The position numbers and the translations under genes were made by a program. A DNA stretch of 64,000 nt from Microcoleus sp. (GTDB lineage Bacteria; Cyanobacteriota; Cyanobacteriia; Cyanobacteriales; Microcoleaceae), in the NCBI GenBank assembly GCA_042408215.1, contig JAYFMW010000020.1:32001-96000 (forward strand). The letters run 5' to 3'. The notes under the pieces are model-generated. The model had not been told where the DNA came from. It worked only from the letters and a program-made list of their open reading frames with translations, and did no database searches. Shown one piece after another: positions 30,568 to 42,100 of the stretch (position 1 is its first letter; each line of letters opens with the position of its first letter).

Positions 30568-32542
30568 ATGAATCGATTTGACCGTCAGTTGTGGGATCGG
30601 TTTATTGCGATCGCCCAGCCTTATTTTTATCCTTTGGAGCCTGGGGGCGGCAGGACTTTTTTGGGATTAGTAGTGCTGTTGTTGATCTTTCTCTTCGCTG
30701 CAATGTTTTTTGCCGTCAGCGCTGTCTGTTTGCTAGGTCAAGCTTTTTTTCCAGAGTTTGTCAACAATATTGCGGCGGGCTTAGTTAGTTTGTTGCAAGG
30801 AATTATTAATTCGCCGGCAATTGTCATTATTGCTTTGATGCTAATTCTTCCTTTCAGCGCTTTTGTCTTTTTCAAAGGCCGATTGCTCCCCCATTGGCAA
30901 TCCTGGGCTTTATTGGCTTTATTGCTGTTATTGTCCCTCTCAGTCAGCGGTCTAAATGTAATAATTAGCTACGTCAGTAACTTTTTTGATACAGCACTGG
31001 CCAAGAAAGACCAGCTCAATTATTGGAAGTATCTTTTTGTCTATGCAGGCGTCTTTGTAGTCGGCACTCCCATTGTGGTAATTTACCGCTATACCCAAGA
31101 TAAATTGGGTCTCTACTGGCGGGAGTGGATGACTAATAAGTTCCTCGAAAAGTATTTTCACAATCGGGCTTATTACGCAATCAAATCCCACCAAGAAATC
31201 GACAATCCCGACCAGCGAATTTCTGAAGATGTCAGATCGTTTACCCGGACAAGTTTGGCATTTATGCTGATCGTACTGGGAGCAATAGTTGATATTATAT
31301 CTTTCACGGGTATCCTGTGGTCGATCTCAAAAGAACTTTCGATTTTCCTGATTGTCTATGCTATTTTAGGAACCACCGCCACTCTAGTTTTTGGTCAAAG
31401 ATTAGTACCTCTGAATTTCGAGCAAATTAAAAAAGAAGCTAACTTCCGCTACGGACTGGTTCACATTCGCGACAACGCCGAATCCATTGCTTTTTATAGA
31501 GGGGAGGAGCAGGAATCATTTCAAATAAAGCAGCGATTCGTGGAAGTATTCCGCAATTTTAATTTGCTAATTGGTTGGCAGCGGAATCTGGATTATTTCA
31601 CAACTGGATACGGATATGCTGTTGTGATTATTCCGGCTTTGTTTCTGGCTCCCGCTTACTTTACCGACCAAAGCGGTCACAATCCAGTTTGGAGATATCA
31701 GTCAAGCTGGTTTTGCTTTCAGTCAGGTTTTGCGCGCTTTTTCTGTGATTGTCAACCAAATTGAACCGCTCTCGTCTTTTGCGGCTAGTATCAATCGTTT
31801 GGCTATCTTTACAGATACTCTGGAACCGGAAAGATCAGTATCTCGTACAGGAGGAACTACCATAGATATAACGGTTGATTCGCAGTTGAAACTGGAACAC
31901 GTTACTTTAGATACTCCGAAACATCAAAAGACTTTAATTAGCGATTTGTCGGTAGCAGTGCAGCCTGGTGAAGGACTGTTAATTGTAGGTCAAAGCGGTG
32001 CTGGGAAGAGTTCTTTGCTGCGGGCAATTGCGGGTTTGTGGGACTCAGGAACGGGCCGTTTGGTGCGGCCGGAACTCGGCGAAATGCTGTTTTTGCCGCA
32101 GCGTCCTTATATGATTTTGGGTAGTTTGCGATCGCAACTCCTCTACCCCAACACCAGCAGCGAGGTGGACGAGGAAAAATTGCGCGCAGTTTTGACATTA
32201 GTAAACTTAGCAGATTTGCCGGACAGATTGGGCGGTTTTGACGCAGATTTAGATTGGGCTGATGTTTTGTCTTTGGGAGAACAGCAGCGGCTGGCTTTTG
32301 CCAGATTGTTGCTAACCCAACCGCGATACGCTATTTTGGATGAGGCGACAAGTGCTTTAGATTTGAAGAACGAGCAACATTTATACGAACAGTTACAAGC
32401 AACTAAAACTACCTTTGTGAGTGTCGGCCACAGAACGAGTTTGTTGCAATATCACCAGCAGGTTTTGGAACTGTTGGGTGATGCGACTTGGCGGCTGGTT
32501 TCGGTCGAAGAATATCGCGATCGCGCGAAGGTTTTTGCCTAA
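30568..32542 (+). pseudogene. ABC transporter fused permease/ATPase (YddA/ABCD-like) with one frameshift near 31678
   Basis: IDNPDQRI, EANFRYGL...NAESIAFY; GQSGAGKS, LSLGEQQR, LDEATSALD; skipping one base gives ...DQSG-TIQFGDISQAGFAFSQVLRAFS. Confidence 0.88.
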
Positions 32543-32731
32543 TCTTGTAGGGGCCCAGAGTCCCGCAGCACTTTAAGTGTTGCGGGGTTCTAATCCACTT
32601 CGGACTGCAAAAGCAAACTGAAAATTGCCAGTGGGAATTCCTAGCGGATTCCAACTCACCAGAAAGACGAGCGGGAAGCCCCTGACTTCAGGCATGGGGA
32701 GGAACGCGGCTGCGACGACCGCCGCCTTGAA

Positions 32732-34006
32732 CTAAAATCCATAGGAATAACCATCCTTTTTGTGAATAGATTTGCAATATTTATGACTAATTCCCGCTAC
32801 TCTTCCCGCCGTTGTGGCGATGTCGAACGAACCGGATGCGCGGCAAAGAATTCGTCCCACATAGGAGCCGACCTTCTTGCCTGCTGTGACGGTAGCGCTG
32901 ACAATATCGCCGGTCTGAAAACCGAAATGGATTTGCTTTCTCGACTTGTGACGAATTGGGAAGCCAAACTTATCTGTGCCGCACATTTGTCGAGTACCGT
33001 GTCCTGCTGCCTTAATTAGCAGCGGTTGAGAAGTCAGCACTTTTAATTCTTCGACTTTGCCTACACAAGCAGCATCTAACCAGTGAGTTTTAGCTAAATT
33101 TAATCGAGTGCGGTTGAACTTTGTTAGACCACCACTGCCTGTAGAAACAAGCAAGCCAGTCATACGAAGTCGGTTAAATAACGCCCAGCGAGTTGAATTG
33201 ACTGCTGCTGCGTCTTTTAAAGACCGCTTTGCTTGAGATAGAATTCGCTTCAAAATTTCTGGCTTTTTGGAGAGGAATTGCTCAATATCTTGAGTTCCCT
33301 TCCGAGTATTACAATTTTCGCAAGCAAGGCAAAGATTAGAAATACGATTAGATCCGCCTTTGGCTTTGGGATGAATGTGTTCGACTTGTAGCGGTGTATC
33401 CGTAACTCCACAATACGCGCACTTCCTATCCCATTTATTCAACAAGTATTCGCGGATTTCGTAACCACATAAAACGCCTTGCTGGTACTCCAGTCCACTA
33501 ATTTCTGGATTTTCTCGTCGTTGTAAGTCGAATCGCACAAGTTCTTGAGCAATAGAACTAATGGGAGCGACTTTCATTAATCTAGTTACCCATGTCAGGA
33601 TTGTTTCGACACGATGTTGCAAGCTTGGAGCCAGCCATCCTTTAGGGCAAGTTCTATTTAGAAATCTAGCCTTTCGATAACGAGTATGGCGATTTCTCCT
33701 GCCTCTACGCAGTGAACGGCGAGACTCCAAACAGGCTTTAATTGATTGACCTCGGTGAGTTAGTTCTGCACCAAAGATTACGTTTTCTCCTTCGACTAAT
33801 GCAATGCCCGTGGTTTGGGAGCCAGGATCTATTTTAAGAGTGATGGGTTGTTGGGATACCGTTACCTCTACTTTGAGAATTAGCGTGAATGGATACCTTT
33901 TGAAAACAGCAGCTTTGCCAGTGGTTAGCAATTTACGAGCCATTCCTGGGCGGATTGGATTGAGCGGTCGTTTTTGGGTATCAAGTACAAAAACGAAATT
34001 AGACAT
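32732..34006 (-). CDS. iscB: RNA-guided endonuclease IscB
   Basis: PLNP (PLMP), RuvC-I IDPGS, Arg-rich helix RRSLRRGRR, RuvC-II ELVRFD, HNH CAYC...VEHIHP...N...CENCN, RuvC-III HWLDA; GGAGG RBS before ATG 34006. Confidence 0.95.
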   Translation of the reverse strand: MSNFVFVLDTQKRPLNPIRPGMARKLLTTGKAAVFKRYPFTLILKVEVTVSQQPITLKIDPGSQTTGIALVEGENVIFGAELTHRGQSIKACLESRRSLRRGRRNRHTRYRKARFLNRTCPKGWLAPSLQHRVETILTWVTRLMKVAPISSIAQELVRFDLQRRENPEISGLEYQQGVLCGYEIREYLLNKWDRKCAYCGVTDTPLQVEHIHPKAKGGSNRISNLCLACENCNTRKGTQDIEQFLSKKPEILKRILSQAKRSLKDAAAVNSTRWALFNRLRMTGLLVSTGSGGLTKFNRTRLNLAKTHWLDAACVGKVEELKVLTSQPLLIKAAGHGTRQMCGTDKFGFPIRHKSRKQIHFGFQTGDIVSATVTAGKKVGSYVGRILCRASGSFDIATTAGRVAGISHKYCKSIHKKDGYSYGF

Positions 34007-34019
34007 AAAGTCCTCCATT

Positions 34020-34280
34020 GCTGGGTAAAGTTCGCTTCGCCGAATGTTTTCATGAGCTTGTCGTGCTCAAAAGCACTGGTCCTTAACCCCGTTACAGCCT
34101 GTTTAACTTCCGGCGATAGAGCGTACAAACTAGCGACGCATTCTGTAGGTATCGTGACCAAAGAAAACGTAGGACCAAGGGATGTCTGAGGCTGGTCGAT
34201 GCTTGCTGGCTTGCATCCCGCTCGGAACGAGCCGGACAGTCCCTACAAGCCCCTCGCCTTTAGGCGATGGGGTTCATGAC
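34020..34280 (-). ncRNA. IscB omegaRNA (HEARO-like) scaffold
   Basis: Begins GTCATGAACCCC...GGGGCTTG; contains GACCAGCCTCAG, CTACGTT, GTTAAACAG...CCAGTG and GGCGAAGCGAACTTTACC just upstream of iscB. Confidence 0.85.
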
Positions 34281-34326
34281 ACAATATAATAGAAGGTAGA
34301 TTTTTAGTATAAGCGAGATTCCTACC

Positions 34327-35979
34327 TTGACTACTCAGATTCCTCAGAACTTTGTGCAAACGATCGCCAAAGAGCGCGCAGTCACAGATGCCGAGTTAGA
34401 AACTGTGTTTATGGCTCTCGACGGTCAAACTACGGCGAAAATCGCAACCAAGCTTGGGATTAGCGATATTGCGGTTCGCAAAAGACTCGGCGAGGTTTAC
34501 AAAAAATTTCAGATTGGGGGGAACGGTCCTGGAAAGTTGTCGGAATTGAGACATCAGTTACTGTTTTTATACCAAACCGAGTCGGGAGCGAGGGATTTTA
34601 TTCCCAGAGGTAGAGGAGTTTTATCCAAGATTGCGATCCTCTCCGAGGGCTTCGCTAACGGACACCGACAACAAGATTGGGGCGAAGCACCAGATGTTTC
34701 GGTTTTTTACGGACGGAATGAAGAATTAACTACTTTAAAACAGTGGATTGTATCAGATAATTGTCGGTTGGTGGCGCTACTGGGTTTGGCTGGCTGCGGC
34801 AAAACAACTCTCGCGGTGCAATTGGCCTCACAGATCAAGCATGAGTTTGATTTTGTGATTTGGCGCTCTTTGCGATCGACACCTTCTGCACAAGACTTTT
34901 TAACTAACTTAATTCAAGTTTTTTCCAACCAACAAAAACCCGATTTGCCGCTCGACCTCAACGGCAAAATATCCCGGCTGGTTGAGTATCTGCGTTTTTC
35001 CCGCTGTCTGCTGATTTTCGACGATTTTGAAGCAATTTTGCAGCCATCAGAGTTAGCGGGACACTACCGCGAAGGCTACGAGGGATATAGAGAGTTAATC
35101 CTGCGGCTCGCCGAGGTAAATCACCATAGCTGTTTGGTCCTAGTTAGTTCGGAAGAACCGACAGAATTGGCTTTGCTAACCGCCGAAAAAGTGCGCTGTT
35201 TAAAACCTGCTATTTCCCCGGAAATTGCGCGGTATATTTTCCAAGAAAAAGGTTTATCAGCTAAAGATAAAGATTGGAAAATATTGATGGCGCGGTACGG
35301 AGGAAATCTGTTAGCGTTGAAAATTGTGGCGGCAACGATTCACGATTTTTTCGAGGATAATGTCTTTAAGTTTTTGGAAGCAACGGCATTATTTATTGAT
35401 GAACGCATCAGTAATTTGCTCGCGCAGGAGTTCGATCGAATGTCGAGTGCGGAAACCGATATTGCCTACTGGTTGGCGATTGCTCAAAGTCCGATTTCCC
35501 TGGCGAAGTTGCGAGAGGATATGTTCATCAAGTCGTCGCTTTCAGATTTGCTAAAAAATCTGGATTCTTTAGGTCGTCGGTCGCTGATTGAAAAAATCCA
35601 GCCCGGGGAAACTGTTTTTATGCTTCAGCCTTTGATGGTGAAATATGTTAGCGACAGATTAGTATATCAGATTATATCTGAGGTTTTGGAGGCGATTAAT
35701 ACCCAAGGAATCGAAAAAATGCAGTTGTTGAAGACTCACAATTTTAGCACAAGTATTGCTAAAGGAAAACAAAGTAAAGAGCGTCGAAGTAATTCTATTT
35801 TAGAATTAGTTAAAAATCGCCTGCAAGTGTTGTTTCTCAAAACTACAGGTTTTGAAGAACCGCTAAATATCCTGACGAAAGTTGCCTCTGATATGGAGCA
35901 TAAATCGACCCTAGAGGTGGGATATGCTAGGGAAAATCTGGCGCAGATTATTGCCGAATTGACAAGTTATTGTAAGTAA
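34327..35979 (+). CDS. LuxR-like HTH + NB-ARC (STAND) ATPase without C-terminal sensor repeats
   Basis: IATKLGISDIAVRKRLGEVYKK; DWGEAPDVSVFYGR; Walker A GLAGCGKT; Walker B LLIFDD. Confidence 0.85.
   Translation: MTTQIPQNFVQTIAKERAVTDAELETVFMALDGQTTAKIATKLGISDIAVRKRLGEVYKKFQIGGNGPGKLSELRHQLLFLYQTESGARDFIPRGRGVLSKIAILSEGFANGHRQQDWGEAPDVSVFYGRNEELTTLKQWIVSDNCRLVALLGLAGCGKTTLAVQLASQIKHEFDFVIWRSLRSTPSAQDFLTNLIQVFSNQQKPDLPLDLNGKISRLVEYLRFSRCLLIFDDFEAILQPSELAGHYREGYEGYRELILRLAEVNHHSCLVLVSSEEPTELALLTAEKVRCLKPAISPEIARYIFQEKGLSAKDKDWKILMARYGGNLLALKIVAATIHDFFEDNVFKFLEATALFIDERISNLLAQEFDRMSSAETDIAYWLAIAQSPISLAKLREDMFIKSSLSDLLKNLDSLGRRSLIEKIQPGETVFMLQPLMVKYVSDRLVYQIISEVLEAINTQGIEKMQLLKTHNFSTSIAKGKQSKERRSNSILELVKNRLQVLFLKTTGFEEPLNILTKVASDMEHKSTLEVGYARENLAQIIAELTSYCK
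34638..34658. repeat. 21-bp SDR5-like insertion in a HIP1-like site, in frame
   Basis: GCGAT|CCTCTCCGAGGGCTTCGCTAA|CGG. Confidence 0.7.
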
Positions 35980-36105
35980 TATCATGGGCATAGGACATAG
36001 GGCATAGGGCATAGGGCATAGGGCATACTATAGAACAACAAAAAAAGCGATCGCCCTTGATGACTGCGATCGCCCAATGCTCAACAAAAACAGAGTTTGA
36101 TAAAA

Positions 36106-37836
36106 TTATTTGAAAATGCCCAAAACTGATGCAGATTCAGACCCTGTAATTTTACCCAAAGCAGGCGCTCTTTGAGCCTGTGCAATTTGGGGAACCAAAA
36201 TTCCCTTCGCATAAATCCGAGGATTTTCCTGAGCAATTTGGATGTAAGATTGCCGGACTTCTGCGTTCACTGCGACAGTCTTTGCATCATAAACTTGCAT
36301 CGCCATCTTAGGATAGAAACCAATACCAACAATCGGTATCAAAAAGCAAAATGCGATCGCCACTTCGCGAGGTTGAGCATCGATAAACTTGGCATCCCCC
36401 GGCAAAACGCAACTATTACCGAAACAAACCGCTTCATCCAGATTATTTCTCTGATTCTGCAAATCTAAATCCTCGATGTCACAAGCCGCTGCGGCTCCAG
36501 AATTATAAAATAGCTGGCGCAGCATCGAGAGCAAATAAATCGGTGTCAAAATCACTCCAACCGCCGCCAGAAACACAATCACAGCGCGGAAAGAATCGCT
36601 GTAGATATCGCTAGTTGCCACACCCACAAATATGGAGAGTTCGCTAGCAAAACCACTCATACCAGGAAGTGCTAAGGAAGCCAGAGCGCCCGCCGTAAAC
36701 AAGGCAAACACTTTGGGCATAACTGTACCAATCTCGCCCATTTCATCCATAACCATTGTATGGGTGCGATCGTAAGTAACGCCAGCCAGAAAGAACAAAA
36801 CTGAGGCGATTAAACCGTGAGAAATCATTTGCAACAGAGCACCGTTGATTCCTAAGTCATTGAAAGAAGCAATACCGAGGAGCACGAATCCCATGTGAGA
36901 AATCGACGAATTCGCTAGGCGGCGCTTCATGTTCGTTTGGCCAAAGGAATTCAGCGCACCATAGATAATATTGACCACGCCGAGCACCACCATAATCGGT
37001 GCAAAGTAAACGTGTGCTTTGGGAAGAAGTTCCAAATTCAGACGAATCAAGCCGTATCCGCCCATTTTTAACAGCACACCGGCCAGAATCATCGACACGG
37101 GAGAAGATGCTTCGCCGTGCGCGTCAGGGAGCCAAGTGTGAAAGGGGAAAATAGCCAGTTTCACGCCGAAAGCAACCAGCAATCCTGCATAAAGCAGTAA
37201 TTCTAAACCCAGCGGGTAGTCTTTCAAGCCTAGTTCCACCATGTCGAAGGTGGGAGTACCTCCGCCGTAGAATGCCATTGCTAAAGCTGCGATTAAAATG
37301 AAAATTGAAGCGCCTGCGGTATAAATCAAGAATTTGGTAGCTGCGTAGCGGCGGTTTTGGCCGCCCCAAATCGAGATTAGCAGGTAAACCGGAATTAGTT
37401 CTAGTTCCCAGACAATGAACAGTAGCATGATGTCTTGGGCGACGAAGACTCCTATCTGTGCGGAGTACATCACCAGCATCAGGAAGTAGAAAAGTCGTGG
37501 TTTGCGATCGACTTCCCAGGCTGCAAAGATTGATAGCGTCGTCACCAATCCCGCCAACAGTACCAGCGGGACTGACAATCCGTCAACCGAAACAGACCAG
37601 TTGAGGCCTAAAGAAGGTATCCAGGGATATTGTTCTACGATTTGGAAAGTAGAGATGCTCGGATCGTAATGAGTCCAAAACACCCAGCACATTAATACAA
37701 AATCTGCAATTGCGACGCCTAGGGCATACCAGCGAATGGTTTTGCCATTTGTGTCAGGCAGAAAAGGGATGGCGACGGAAGCTACGAGGGGTAGTAGGAC
37801 AATCGCGGTCAGCCAAGGAAATTGATCCGCTATCAT
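36106..37836 (-). CDS. ndhD: NAD(P)H-quinone oxidoreductase subunit 4 (NdhD1/D2 type)
   Basis: [41 protein letters not shown]. Confidence 0.93.
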   Translation of the reverse strand: MIADQFPWLTAIVLLPLVASVAIPFLPDTNGKTIRWYALGVAIADFVLMCWVFWTHYDPSISTFQIVEQYPWIPSLGLNWSVSVDGLSVPLVLLAGLVTTLSIFAAWEVDRKPRLFYFLMLVMYSAQIGVFVAQDIMLLFIVWELELIPVYLLISIWGGQNRRYAATKFLIYTAGASIFILIAALAMAFYGGGTPTFDMVELGLKDYPLGLELLLYAGLLVAFGVKLAIFPFHTWLPDAHGEASSPVSMILAGVLLKMGGYGLIRLNLELLPKAHVYFAPIMVVLGVVNIIYGALNSFGQTNMKRRLANSSISHMGFVLLGIASFNDLGINGALLQMISHGLIASVLFFLAGVTYDRTHTMVMDEMGEIGTVMPKVFALFTAGALASLALPGMSGFASELSIFVGVATSDIYSDSFRAVIVFLAAVGVILTPIYLLSMLRQLFYNSGAAAACDIEDLDLQNQRNNLDEAVCFGNSCVLPGDAKFIDAQPREVAIAFCFLIPIVGIGFYPKMAMQVYDAKTVAVNAEVRQSYIQIAQENPRIYAKGILVPQIAQAQRAPALGKITGSESASVLGIFK

Positions 37837-38101
37837 GGGGTGAGAATAAATATTTAGTGGGAGATGACTAAAATTATAATACTAAATTTAATAAAAACTT
37901 AAGATTTATTCATAATTGTTTATTATATCGAGATCAATACGGATTTACCAATCACGAATTGCTACAAAAGTCAATTGATTTGAGATTTGAGATTTGAGAT
38001 TTGAGATTCAGGACTTACGCACAACAAATATAGCGTTTTATAGGGGCAATCTCCCTGTGGTTGCCCCCGTCTGTGGTGATGTTGCGATCGCCAATCAGCC
38101 T

Positions 38102-38848
38102 TCAATCCGGCAAATCTGGATCAACTCCCAATTCGCGCAACTTAGCCGCCAATCGTTCTGCTCTTTGGTGTTCCTGCTGTGCTCTGTGGCGTTCCTGCTG
38201 TGCTTGCTCGGAACTCCACAACAACAAATTACCTGAATTATCCCACCAACGCAGCCAGTTCATGGTTTGTCCCAACCGTTCCCCAAACCAAATCCCCAGA
38301 TACAGTTCCAGTTGTGGAATCCACACCCGCCCCTGCTCATTTGCTGAGTGTAGAACATATCGTCCATCTTGCAAATAACGGACTTCTAAACTTCTATCGT
38401 AGGGGTCATAAGTGACATAAGTAGGAACTTGAAGAATCTGTTCATAAAAGTAGAATTTGCCATAGGGGGGAGTTGCTCTGAGTGATAATTCTCCTCCCTC
38501 GGCTTCTGAGAGAAACTCCATCGCGATCGCCACATTAGCACCATCAGTATTAGGAGTATAACTACGGCGAATTACCCCTTCGGGTAGAGGATGCACTTGA
38601 GGCACATAAAACCAGTCTGGAGCTTTGACAACAGTGTTTTTATTAACAGTTGCAACTAGCCCTAAATTAGAAGCAATTAGCATTTCTGGCTGAATATACC
38701 CGGCGGCTCCGAGTGCATCAGTCAGAGCAGCCGCCAGAGCGGGTTGTTGAGTATTTTCCACAGGATCGTCGGGTAATACGAAGTTAGCGGGTAGGGGTTC
38801 CCAAGTGACGGTTGGTTTGGCTTTGATATAAGGGGCTTCGAGTACCAT
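38102..38848 (-). CDS. Uma2-family (DUF820) putative endonuclease
   Basis: KAPDWFYV, EFLS, KFYFYEQILQVPTYVTYDP and C-terminal coiled coil AERLAAKLRELGVDP. Confidence 0.85.
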   Translation of the reverse strand: MVLEAPYIKAKPTVTWEPLPANFVLPDDPVENTQQPALAAALTDALGAAGYIQPEMLIASNLGLVATVNKNTVVKAPDWFYVPQVHPLPEGVIRRSYTPNTDGANVAIAMEFLSEAEGGELSLRATPPYGKFYFYEQILQVPTYVTYDPYDRSLEVRYLQDGRYVLHSANEQGRVWIPQLELYLGIWFGERLGQTMNWLRWWDNSGNLLLWSSEQAQQERHRAQQEHQRAERLAAKLRELGVDPDLPD

Positions 38849-39128
38849 TTTATTAACCTTCAACCAGAAATGTTTGTGTAAATTTGTCTATCTTAACTCA
38901 AGTTGCTAGTTTCTGGATGGGGATGGGGCGGGTCGATCTGATTTGTCGGTGGGTAGCAAAGATTTCGGCGAACCCGCCCCTACAATTATTGATCTTCTTC
39001 CTGGGAATTGTCACTGGGATTTAAAACCTTGCCTAACATATTACCAATTAAGGGTAATTGGGCGATCGCCATTTTCATTAATTCTCAGAAAGTTTCATAA
39101 TCAGCCATTAAGCCAAACACTTTTGACT

Positions 39129-42100
39129 TTAAATCGATTTGTCTTCTCTTGCTTGCTTGTGACGGAAATATTCGCGGATGGCGTTAATACCTTGTTCTGC
39201 AATTTCAATTGGGGGATCTTCGAGGGGGTTGTTCGTTAAATCAAGTGCGGATAAATTGGTGAGACGGGTGATAGATTCTGGTACGCTTGTCAGTCCGTTG
39301 TTCCATAAAGCAAGTTGGGATAAATTGGTGAGACGGGAAATAGTTTCTGGTACGCTTGTCAGTCCGTTGTTCCATAAAGCAAGTCTGGATAAATTGGTGA
39401 GACGGGTGATTGATTCTGGTACGCTTGTCAGTTCGTTGTCACTTAAATCAAGTGTGGATAAATTGGTGAGGCGGGTGATAGTTTCTGGTACGCTTGTCAG
39501 TCCGTTTCCACCTAGATTAAGATAGGATAAATTGGAGAGACGGGTGATAGATTCTGGTACGCTCGTCAGTTGGTTGTAACTTAAAGAAAGTGCGGATAAA
39601 TTGGTGAGACGGGTGATAGATTCTGGTACGCTCGTCAGTTTGTTGTTCGTTAAATCAAGTGCGGATAAATTGGTGAGACGGGCGATAGATTCTGGTACGC
39701 TCGTCAGTTTGTTGTTACTTAAATTAAGTCTGGATAAATTGGAGAGACGGGAGATAGATTCTGGTACGCTTGTCAGTTGGTTACTATCTAAATTAAGATC
39801 GGATAAATTGGTGAGACGGGTGATAGATTCTGGTACGCTCGTCAGTTTGTTGCCATATAAAGAAAGTGCGGATAAATTGGTGAGATGGGAGATAGATTCT
39901 GGTACGCTCGTCAGTTGGTTCCAACTTAAATCAAGTGTGGATAAATTGGTGAGACGGGAGATAGATTCGGGTACGCTCGTCAGTTTGTTGCCATATAAAT
40001 TAAGATAGGATAAATTGGTGATACGGGTGATAGATTCTGGTACGCTCGTCAGTTTGTTGTTCGTTAAATCAAGTGTGGATAAATTGGTGAGACGGGTGAT
40101 AGATTCTGGTACGCTTGTCAGTTTGTTGAAACTTAAATTCAACTTTTCCAACCATTCCAACTCAAACACCTCGGTCGGAATTTCGGTTAATGAATTACTC
40201 CTCAAATCTAATTCAGTGAGGCGTTGTTCCTTGACTCGTTGAATTAATCGGAAATATTTACGAATCGCGTTAATACCTTGTTTTGCAATTTCAATTGGGG
40301 GATCTTCGAGGGGGTTGCTACCTAAATCAAGTGTGGATAAATTGGTCAGACAGGTGATAGATTTTGGTACGCTCGTCAGTTGGTTGTTACTTAAATCAAG
40401 TTTGGATAAATTGGTGAGACGGGTGATAGATTCTGGTACGCTCGTCAGTTGGTTACTACCTAAATAAAGTTCGGATAAATTGGTGAGATGGGAGATAGAT
40501 TCTGGTACGCTCGTCAGTTGGTTCCAACTTAAATCAAGTGTGGATAAATTGGTGAGACGGGTGATAGATTCTGGTACGCTCGTCAGTTGGTTGTCATATA
40601 AAGAAAGTGCGGATAAGTTGGTGAGATGGGAGATAGATTCTGGTACGCTCGTCAGTTTGTTGTTACTTAAATAAAGTTCGGATAAATTGGTGAGACGAGA
40701 GATAGATTCTGGTACGCTCGTCAGTTGGTTGTTACTTAAATCAAGTTCGGATAAATTGGTGAGACGGGTGATAGATTCTGGTACGCTAGTCAGTTGGTTT
40801 TCAACTAAATAAAGTTCGGATAAATTGGTGAGATGGGAGATAGATTCTGGTACGCTCGTCAGTTGGTTGCCGCTTAAATCAAGATAGGATAAATTGGTGA
40901 GACGGGTGATAGATTCTGGTACGCTAGTCAGTTGGTTGCCACTTAAAAAAAGTATGGATAAATTGGAGAGACGGGTGATAGATTCTGGTAGGCTCGTCAG
41001 TTGGTTGTCACTTAAAGAAAGTGCGGATAAATTGGTGAGACGGGTGATAGATTCTGGTAGGCTCGTCAGTTGGTTGCGAGTTAAATCAAGACCGGATAAA
41101 TTGGTGAGACGGGTGATAGATTCTGGTACGCTCGTCAGTTGGTTGCGAGTTAAATCAAGATAGGATAAATTGGTGAGACGGGTGATAGATTCTGGTACGC
41201 TAGTCAGTTGGTTTTCAACTAAATAAAGTTCAGATAAATTGGAGAGACGGGTGATAGATTCTGGTACGCTCGTCAGTTGGTTGTTGCTTAAATTCAACTT
41301 TTCCAACCATTCCAACTCAAACACCTCGGTCGGAATTTCGGTTAATGAATTACCGCTCAAATCCAATTCAGTGAGGCGTTGTTCCTTGACTCCTTGAATT
41401 AATCGGAAATATTTACGAATCGCCTTAATACCTTGTTTTGCAATTTCAATTGGGGGATCTTCGAGGGGGTTGCTACCTAAATCAAGTTTGAATAAATTGG
41501 TGAGACGGGTGATAGATTTTGGTACGCTCGTCAGTTGGTTGTTACTTAAATCAAGTTTGGATAAATTGGTGAGACAGGTGATAGATTTTGGTACGCTCGT
41601 CAGTTGGTTGTTACTTAAATCAAGTTTGGATAAATTGGTGAGACGGGTGATAGATTCTGGTACGCTTGTCAGTTGGTTACTACCTAAAAAAAGTGTGGAT
41701 AAATTGGTGAGACGGGTGATAGATTCTGGTACGCTTGTCAGTCCGTTTTCGCTTAAATCAAGTGTGGATAAATTGGTGAGACGGGTGATAGATTCTGGTA
41801 CGCTTGTCAGTTGGTTACTACCTAAAAAAAGTGTGGATAAATTGGTGAGACGGGTGATAGATTCTGGTACGCTTGTCAGTTGGTTACTACCTAAAAAAAG
41901 TGTGGATAAATTGGTGAGACGGGTGATAGATTCTGGTACGCTTGTCAGTTGGTTGCCCATTAAATAAAGATAGGATAAATTGGTGAGACGGGTGATAGAT
42001 TCTGGTACGCTTGTCAGTTGGTTGCTACCTAAATCAAGTGTGGATAAATTGGTGAGACGGGTGATAGATTCTGGTACGCTCGTCAGTTGGTTGTTATATA

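Larger units (their letters stand above)
32660..34280 (-). mobile_element. IscB-carrying IS200/IS605 element without tnpA
   Basis: End hairpins AAGCCCCTGACTTCAGGCATGGGG and AAGCCCCTCGCCTTTAGGCGATGGGG; follows TCAC and ends TGAC on the + strand. Confidence 0.8.
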
